From positions 1-12,425 of the forward strand of contig CAZZBI010000150.1 in assembly GCA_964652385.1 (NCBI GenBank): 12,425 bases of DNA, read 5' to 3'. The notes below the pieces were generated by a model. The model was not told where the DNA came from. It worked only from the letters and a program-made list of their open reading frames with translations, and did not search any database. A program made the translations under genes and the position numbers. Of this stretch, positions 7,352-12,425 are shown piece after piece. This DNA is from an uncultured Pirellulaceae bacterium (GTDB lineage: Bacteria; Planctomycetota; Planctomycetia; Pirellulales; Pirellulaceae). Each line of letters opens with the position of its first letter. Position 1 is the first letter of the stretch.

Positions 7352-7446
7352 CGTAGTGCGACCGACCCCGGTCGCACCGGATTGGCGTAGTGCGACCGAC
7401 CCCGGTCGCACCGGATTGGCGTAGTGCGACCGACCCCGGTCGCACC
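7352..7446. repeat. Three tandem 34-bp units (cgtagtgcgaccgaccccggtcgcaccggattgg), each a perfect 9-bp-stem/4-nt-loop hairpin (GTGCGACCG-ACCC-CGGTCGCAC)
   Basis: Units begin at 7352, 7386 and 7420 with an exact 34-bp period. They lie between the 3' end of DUF1501-B (stop at 7534, minus strand) and the 5' end of the tRNA-like gene. No U-tract follows them on either strand. Confidence 0.85.
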
Positions 7447-7533
7447 GCGGTTCCGAACCAGGACACAGAACCCCCTGCGCTTGGCGCTACGGGCTGGTCG
7501 GGCACAGGCCTTGGCAAGATCGCCGACGTTCTT

Positions 7534-8973
7534 CTACGCGATCAGCTCGGTCACCACGCGCGACGGTTCGACGCCGGTCAGACGCCAGTCGAGTCCCTGG
7601 AACTTGGCCGAGAATCGCATGTGGTCGATCCCCAGCTGATGCAGCAGGGTCGCGTGCATGTCGTGCACGCTGACTCGATTCTCCGCCGCGTGATAGCCGA
7701 GCTCGTCGGTGGCGCCGTACGAGATTCCCGGCTTCATGCCACCTCCGGCCACCCACATCGTGAAGCCGGCCAGGTGATGATCGCGCCCGTCCCCTTGAGC
7801 CATCGGCGTGCGTCCGAACTCGGAACCGAAGACGACCAGCGTCTCGTTCAGCATGCCGCGCTGTTCCAGGTCCTGCAGCAACGCCGCCGCCCCTCGATCG
7901 ACCTCAGCCGCCGATCCGGCGATGTGCGACTTGATCGAACCGTGATGGTCCCAGTCGCGATGATAGAGCTGGATGAAGCGAACGCCTCGCTCCGCCAAGC
8001 GCCGAGCCAGCAGACAGTTCGACGCGAAGCTTCCGTCCCCTCCCTTGGTCCCGTACAGGTCGAGCACGCTCTGCGGCTCGTCGCGCACGTCCATCAGTTC
8101 CGGCACGCTCGTCTGCATCCGGAACGCCATCTCGTACTGGCTGATCCGAGTCGCGATCTCGGGATCGGCGACGCGCTGTTCCTCCAGACGATTCAGTCGC
8201 TGCACCGCATCGACGACGTCGCGCTGCGTCTCGTGAGCGACCCCTTCGGGGCTGCGCACGTACAGGACCGGATCGCCGACACTCCGGAACTCGACCCCCT
8301 GATACCGACTCGGCAGGAATCCCGAATGCCATTGTCGCGCGGCGATCGGCTGCTTCTGGCCGTAGTTGCCGGTCGAGACCATGACGACGAACCCGGGGAG
8401 GTTCTCCGTTTCGGCTCCTAAGCCGTACCAGAGCCACGAACCCATGGCGGGGCGGCCGGGGATCATCGATCCGGTGTTCATGAACGTATGAGCCGGATCG
8501 TGATTGATCGCCTCGGTGTGCAGACTCTTCACGATGCAGAGCTTGTCGGCGCACTTGCCGGCAATTTCGGGGAAGATCGAGCTGATCCGCTGCCCCGAAT
8601 CGCCCCACGTCTCGAACGGATGCTGCGGCGCGAAGCAGTTGAGCTTGGCTCCCTGCAGCTGCGCGATCTGCTGTCCCGCCGTGATCGACTCGGGCATCGC
8701 CTGGCCGTGCATCTCGATCAGCTTCGGCTTCTCGTCGAACGTATCGAGATGACTCATGCCGCCGGCCATGTAGAGCCAGATGATCCGTTTCGCCTTGGCC
8801 GGGTGATGGAGCACACGGAGCGCTCCGGGGACCTCGTCCCCCTGAGACGTCGGCAGCGAGGCCGCCGCGCGATTCTGCCCCAGCAGCGACGCGAGCGCCA
8901 TCGACCCCAGACTGATGCCGCTGTTGGTCAGGAACGCGCGTCGAGCGATCGAAGCGGGAAGATGCATCGTCAT
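7534..8973 (-). CDS. DUF1501 family protein (second paralog), Tat-exported
   Basis: 479-aa ORF. Tat motif SIARRAFLTNSGISLGSMALASLL. DUF1501 blocks (AINHDPAHTFMNTGS, VFGSEFGRT, GRDHH, DMHATLLHQLG). GGAGA lies directly upstream of the first ATG; the third-codon ATG at 8967 has better SD spacing and may be the true start. 58 bp downstream of PSD1-B. TAG stop at 7534-7536. Confidence 0.9.
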   Translation of the reverse strand: MTMHLPASIARRAFLTNSGISLGSMALASLLGQNRAAASLPTSQGDEVPGALRVLHHPAKAKRIIWLYMAGGMSHLDTFDEKPKLIEMHGQAMPESITAGQQIAQLQGAKLNCFAPQHPFETWGDSGQRISSIFPEIAGKCADKLCIVKSLHTEAINHDPAHTFMNTGSMIPGRPAMGSWLWYGLGAETENLPGFVVMVSTGNYGQKQPIAARQWHSGFLPSRYQGVEFRSVGDPVLYVRSPEGVAHETQRDVVDAVQRLNRLEEQRVADPEIATRISQYEMAFRMQTSVPELMDVRDEPQSVLDLYGTKGGDGSFASNCLLARRLAERGVRFIQLYHRDWDHHGSIKSHIAGSAAEVDRGAAALLQDLEQRGMLNETLVVFGSEFGRTPMAQGDGRDHHLAGFTMWVAGGGMKPGISYGATDELGYHAAENRVSVHDMHATLLHQLGIDHMRFSAKFQGLDWRLTGVEPSRVVTELIA

Positions 8974-8986
8974 TCTCCGGAGCGGT

Positions 8987-9011
8987 GCGCCGACCGACCG
9001 GCGGTCGGCGC
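8987..9011 (-). repeat. Intercistronic hairpin (10-bp perfect stem GCGCCGACCG/CGGTCGGCGC, 5-nt loop) between PSD1-B stop and DUF1501-B start; same CGACCGACC core as the triple hairpins at 7352..7446
   Basis: Perfect inverted repeat 8987-8996 / 9002-9011. It fills most of the 58-bp gap between the two cistrons of module B. Confidence 0.6.
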
Positions 9012-9031
9012 CGCGATCCCGTGGTGGGGAC

Positions 9032-12000
9032 TCAGTTGCGGGTGATCGTTTCGTGCAGGTTCAGCAGCGTGCGAGCGATGCTCGTCCATGCCGCCAACTC
9101 GGCCGGATCGAGATCGCCCCCGCGCGGCGCCTCGCCGATCGAGATCAGCTTCTCGGCTGATGCGGTATCGGCGCGGTACGTCGCCAGGTGCTTCGCCAGC
9201 AGTTCGCCGAGCACCTCGATCTCTTCGGGACGAGGCTCGCGCGACAGGGTGCGTCGATAGGCGAACCCCAATCGCTCCGCGAACTCTTCTCCTCCTTCGC
9301 GCAGCGTCCGCTCCGCGAGCACGCGAGCCGCTTCGACGTAGATCGGGTCGTTCAGCAGCACGAGCGACTGGAGCGGCGTGTTCGAGCGAGGTCGGTCGGC
9401 GGCGCACTCCTCGCGACTGGGTGCATCGAACGCCAGCAGCGACGGATGCAGGTACTGCCGCTGCCAGTGCGTGTACAGGCCGCGTCGATAGAGCGCCTCG
9501 CCCGAATCGGGCTGATACTCGCGCGTCGGGAAGTTCAGGTACGCCCAGTATCCCTTCGGCTGATACGGTCGAACGCTCCGTCCGCCGATCCGATCGACGA
9601 GCAGACCGCTGATCCGCAGCGCGTTGTCGCGCACCATCTCGGCATCCAGTCGATGGCGACTCTGTCGCGACAGCAGCCGATCGAACGGATCGACTTCGTC
9701 CCGGTACGGATCCGAGAGCGACGACTGGCGATATGTTCCGCTCAGCACGATCGTCCGCGCCAGTTGCTTGACGTCCCAGCCGCTGTCGACGAAACGGACG
9801 GCGAGCCAATCGAGCAGTTCCGGATGACTCGGCCACTCTCCCTGCGATCCGAGATCGTCGAGCGAACGGGAGAGGCCGGTACCGAAGAACTGCTTCCACA
9901 TCCGGTTCGCGAAGACGCGCGACGTGAGCGGATGATCGGGGTGAGTGAGCCAGCGCGCCAGATCGAGTCGCGTGGCGCGACGATCGCTCGGCATCGCCGG
10001 TCCGCCGAGCCACTCCGGCACCGCAGGACTCATCTCGGGCCCCGTCTCGTCCATCCAATTGCCTCGCTTCAGCAGCCGCACCATGCGCGGCTCGACCGTC
10101 TCGGTCACCAGCGTCCGGACGATCGATGCGTCGAGGCGATCGCGCTCGGCGGTCGCCGTCGCCAACGCCTCGCGCGCCTCGGCCAGCTGCGGCGCGATCG
10201 AGCGGAAGTAGGTCGCCAGTTCCTTGGCCCGAGTCGGATCGCGATCGGCTTCGGGGACCGCCAGGATCGCCGCGATCCCCTCGGGCATCGGCGCTGCCGC
10301 GTCGGCGGCCGGAGCGGTGGTGGCGGAGACGCGAAAGCGACCGATCGTGTGCTGCGTCCCGTTGTGAATCTGCTGCAGTTCGATCTCGACGCGAGCCGCG
10401 GTGAGTTCGGTCAACGGTTCCGCCAGGCGGAAGACCGCCGCATGCGGTCGCCCCACCTGTTCCATGACGGCCCAGCCCCAAATCGGCCCATGCACGTCGG
10501 CGTCGATCGCCGAGGCGATCGAATAGCGACCGTACGGGTTCCCTCCCGCCGCTCCGGTCTGCTCGAAGGTCGCGGCGGCCGAAGCGAACTTCAGCGCGAT
10601 CGGCGAATCGGTCGAACCCTCGCCCGGCAGACTCCGCGCCACGAACTCGCTGAGGACGAAGTTGCCGTTCGACGCCCGCCCCGGTCCCTTGGCCGGCAAC
10701 GAATCGTCGGGAAGCACCTCCAGTCGGAGCGCGGTCGTGCCGACCGGCAACCCTTCCAGACTCAGGCGATAGGTATCGGAAGCGGGTGCGGTGCCGCTCG
10801 CGAGCCACGAACCGTCGGCCTGCCTGGTCAGCGTGGTCCCATGCTCGGAAATGACCAAGACCGGATCGAGGAACGTCCAGCTCGGCTGCGATCCTTCCCA
10901 AGCGCGACGCGCCTCGATCAGCTCCGGCGTCTCGGTCTCGAGCTCGCGCTGAGCCAGACCGATGATCCGATTCAGCTCGTCCAGTCGCTGCTGCTGTTCG
11001 GCAGTCGGCACCTTCATCTCGGGGTCCCAGACGGCGCCGCCGTAGAGCCCCTGTTCGCGGATGTCGGCGAAGAACGCCTCGAACGAATAGAAGTCCCGCA
11101 TCGAGAACGGATCGTACTTGTGGTCGTGGCACTCGCAGCAGCCGAGCGTCACGCCCATCCAGGTCCCGCCGAGATTGCGGACCCGCTCGGCGATGTACTT
11201 CGCCAGATACTCCTTCGGCTGCACGCCTCCTTCGGCACTCATCATCCCCAGGCGGTTGTAGCCCGAGGCGATCCGTTCGCGCATCGACGGGTCGGGGAGC
11301 AGATCGCCGGCCAACTGCTCGACAGTGAACCGATCGAACGGGACGTTCCGATTGAAGCTGTCGATGACGTAGTCGCGGAAGGGCGAGACACTGACTTCCT
11401 GATCGCCGTGATAGCCGGCGCTGTCGGCATAGCGGACCAGATCGAGCCAGATCATCGCCATCCGCTCGCCGTAGTGAGGCGATTCGAGGTACGACTCGAC
11501 CAGTCGCTCGTACGCTTCGGGCGATTCGTCCGCGACGAATCGCTCGACCTCGTCGACCGTCGGCGGCAGTCCGGTCAGATCGAAACTCAGACGACGGATC
11601 AGCGTCCGGCGATCGGCAGGGGGAGAGGGCTGAAGTCCGGTCCCTTGGAGTCCGGCGAGGATGAACGCGTCGATCTCATTGCGGACGAACCCGTGCTCGT
11701 CCGCGACGGTCGGCACGTCGGGTCGCCGGATCGGCTGGAACGACCAATGCCCCTCCCATTCCGCTCCCTGTTCGATCCATGCTCGAAGCGTGTCGAGCTG
11801 CTCGGCCGAGAGATCCTTGGCGAACTCGGGGGGAGGCATCCGTACGTCGGGATCCGACGCGACGATCCGATGCCAAAGTTCGCTGTCGTCCGGCGCTCCC
11901 GGTCGGACGACTCCGGAAGCCCCATCCTCGCCGGTCAGCCCTTGCTGCGTGTCGAGACGCAGATCGGCTTCGCGGCGGTTCGCGTCGGGACCGTGACAGG

Positions 12001-12145
12001 CGAAGCAGTGATCGGAGAGGATCGGACGGACATCTCGATTGAACTCGATCGGTCGCGACGGTTCCTCCGCTCGAAGGTCCGCAAGCGAGAGCGGAGCGAC
12101 GAGCGCAGCGGCAGCGACCAGACGGAGCGCGCGGCGTAGCGACAT
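9032..12145 (-). CDS. Sec-exported multidomain protein: PSCyt1 cytochrome-c-like (CxxCH), PSCyt2/DUF1549, distinct central domain (not LamG), PSD1/DUF1553
   Basis: Frame of ORF 9032..12403. The first 86 codons of that ORF are a read-through of the 39-bp tandem array (LLTLRAGRTRSDP repeated) and are rejected as coding. The start is set at the ATG at 12145 (MSLRRALRLVAAAALVAPLSLADLRAEE, signal-peptide-like). CFACHGPDAN at about 11993-12010. DUF1549 hallmarks (LTGLPPTVDEVERFV, HYGERMAMIWLDLVRYADSAGYHGD, GCCECHDHKYDPF at about 11117-11143). DUF1553 hallmarks (RLDLARWLTHPDHPLTSRVFANRMWKQFFG, HPELLDWLAVRFVDSGWDVKQLARTIVLSGTYRQSS). TGA stop at 9032-9034. Confidence 0.88.
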   Translation of the reverse strand: MSLRRALRLVAAAALVAPLSLADLRAEEPSRPIEFNRDVRPILSDHCFACHGPDANRREADLRLDTQQGLTGEDGASGVVRPGAPDDSELWHRIVASDPDVRMPPPEFAKDLSAEQLDTLRAWIEQGAEWEGHWSFQPIRRPDVPTVADEHGFVRNEIDAFILAGLQGTGLQPSPPADRRTLIRRLSFDLTGLPPTVDEVERFVADESPEAYERLVESYLESPHYGERMAMIWLDLVRYADSAGYHGDQEVSVSPFRDYVIDSFNRNVPFDRFTVEQLAGDLLPDPSMRERIASGYNRLGMMSAEGGVQPKEYLAKYIAERVRNLGGTWMGVTLGCCECHDHKYDPFSMRDFYSFEAFFADIREQGLYGGAVWDPEMKVPTAEQQQRLDELNRIIGLAQRELETETPELIEARRAWEGSQPSWTFLDPVLVISEHGTTLTRQADGSWLASGTAPASDTYRLSLEGLPVGTTALRLEVLPDDSLPAKGPGRASNGNFVLSEFVARSLPGEGSTDSPIALKFASAAATFEQTGAAGGNPYGRYSIASAIDADVHGPIWGWAVMEQVGRPHAAVFRLAEPLTELTAARVEIELQQIHNGTQHTIGRFRVSATTAPAADAAAPMPEGIAAILAVPEADRDPTRAKELATYFRSIAPQLAEAREALATATAERDRLDASIVRTLVTETVEPRMVRLLKRGNWMDETGPEMSPAVPEWLGGPAMPSDRRATRLDLARWLTHPDHPLTSRVFANRMWKQFFGTGLSRSLDDLGSQGEWPSHPELLDWLAVRFVDSGWDVKQLARTIVLSGTYRQSSLSDPYRDEVDPFDRLLSRQSRHRLDAEMVRDNALRISGLLVDRIGGRSVRPYQPKGYWAYLNFPTREYQPDSGEALYRRGLYTHWQRQYLHPSLLAFDAPSREECAADRPRSNTPLQSLVLLNDPIYVEAARVLAERTLREGGEEFAERLGFAYRRTLSREPRPEEIEVLGELLAKHLATYRADTASAEKLISIGEAPRGGDLDPAELAAWTSIARTLLNLHETITRN

Positions 12146-12215
12146 GAGCAGGATTCCGATCGGCGTGGGAAGTGCGGCGCGAGAGACCGCCAGGCGGGAG
12201 GAGCCGCGAGGCTCC

Positions 12216-12235
12216 ACACGGATTATATCAGCCGG
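12216..12235 (-). promoter_or_regulatory. Candidate extended -10 promoter element TGATATAAT (TG-n-TATAAT) for the PSD1-B/DUF1501-B operon
   Basis: The plus strand at 12221-12230 reads gattatatca, so the minus strand reads TGATATAATC. It is an isolated AT-rich island in very GC-rich DNA, about 75 nt upstream of the ATG at 12145. A -35-like TTGCTG (14-nt spacer, suboptimal) lies inside the first 39-bp repeat copy. Confidence 0.4.
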
Positions 12236-12239
12236 CCGC

Positions 12240-12425
12240 GTCAGCAAGGGGTTGCTCCGTGTCCTCCCAGCCCGCAGCGTCAGCAAGGGGTCGCTCCGTG
12301 TCCTCCCAGCCCGCAGCGTCAGCAAGGGGTCGCTCCGCGCCCTCCCAGCCCGCAGCGTCAGCAAGGGGTCGCTCCGTGTCCTCCCAGCCCGCAGCGTCAG
12401 CAAGGGGTCGCTCCGTGTCCTCCCA
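12240..12425. repeat. Tandem direct repeat, 39-bp unit x>=5 (gtcagcaaggggtcgctccgtgtcctcccagcccgcagc), running off the window end
   Basis: Copies start at 12240, 12279, 12318, 12357 and 12396 with an exact 39-bp period; they are near-identical, differing by 1-3 nt. They share the core cccgcagcgt[c/g]agcaagggg..ctccg with the 48-bp array at 5309..5500, in the same orientation. Confidence 0.9.

Noticed and set aside
6526-7356. 276-aa plus-strand ORF and several 70-100-aa ORFs across the SPFH-tRNA intergenic region
   Set aside because: Arg/Ser-rich low-complexity translations overlapping a tRNA-like gene and the SPFH start region, with no RBS or domain evidence. Treated as non-coding.
7352-7446. 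Triple hairpins as rho-independent terminators for DUF1501-B
   Set aside because: No U-rich tract follows the stems on the minus strand, nor on the plus strand, so they do not fit the intrinsic-terminator model. They are reported instead as a REP-like palindromic repeat.
8970-12139. ORFs 8970..11132 (-) of 720 aa and 9188..12139 (+) of 983 aa overlapping PSD1-B
   Set aside because: Same GC-bias artefact. The translations are Arg/Ala/Gly-rich without motifs, and the overlapping minus-strand frame 9032..12145 carries the conserved family motifs.
12146-12403. N-terminal extension of ORF 9032..12403 (MLTLRAGRTRSDPLLTLRAGR...)
   Set aside because: The periodic 13-aa peptide is just the 39-bp tandem array read in frame. 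A signal-peptide-bearing internal Met at 12145 with upstream promoter-like sequence is the biologically sensible start.

Overview
This 12.4 kb, very GC-rich window has long Arg/Ala-rich ORFs in all six frames and looks like a Planctomycetota-type accessory region. Two convergent two-gene modules dominate it. Each has a large Sec-exported protein with PSCyt1 (CxxCH cytochrome-c-like), PSCyt2/DUF1549 and PSD1/DUF1553 regions, followed by a Tat-exported DUF1501 protein. The PSCyt-PSD1/DUF1501 pairing is widespread in Planctomycetota and has no known function. Module A is on the plus strand (465..3695 and 3821..5275). Module B is on the minus strand (12145..9032 and 8973..7534). Between them, on the minus strand, lie a cytoplasmic SPFH/band-7 protein gene (6713..5601) and a tRNA-Trp-like gene (7206..7133). 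The tRNA-like gene has a 6-nt anticodon loop and mismatches at both ends of the acceptor stem. Three repeat or palindrome families were found. The first is a 48-bp x4 tandem array (5309..5500). The second is a 39-bp x>=5 tandem array (12240..12425+) with the same core; the two arrays are direct repeats flanking the whole minus-strand block. The third is a family of perfect hairpins built on a CGACCGACC core that brackets the DUF1501-B gene on both sides (8987..9011 and three tandem copies at 7352..7446). There is also a 12-bp-stem hairpin right after the SPFH stop (5562..5595) built from the same GCAAGGGGTCG core as the tandem arrays. An isolated AT-rich extended -10 box (TGATATAAT) lies between the 39-bp array and the PSD1-B start. 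Long antisense and alternative-frame ORFs in the track are GC-bias artefacts.
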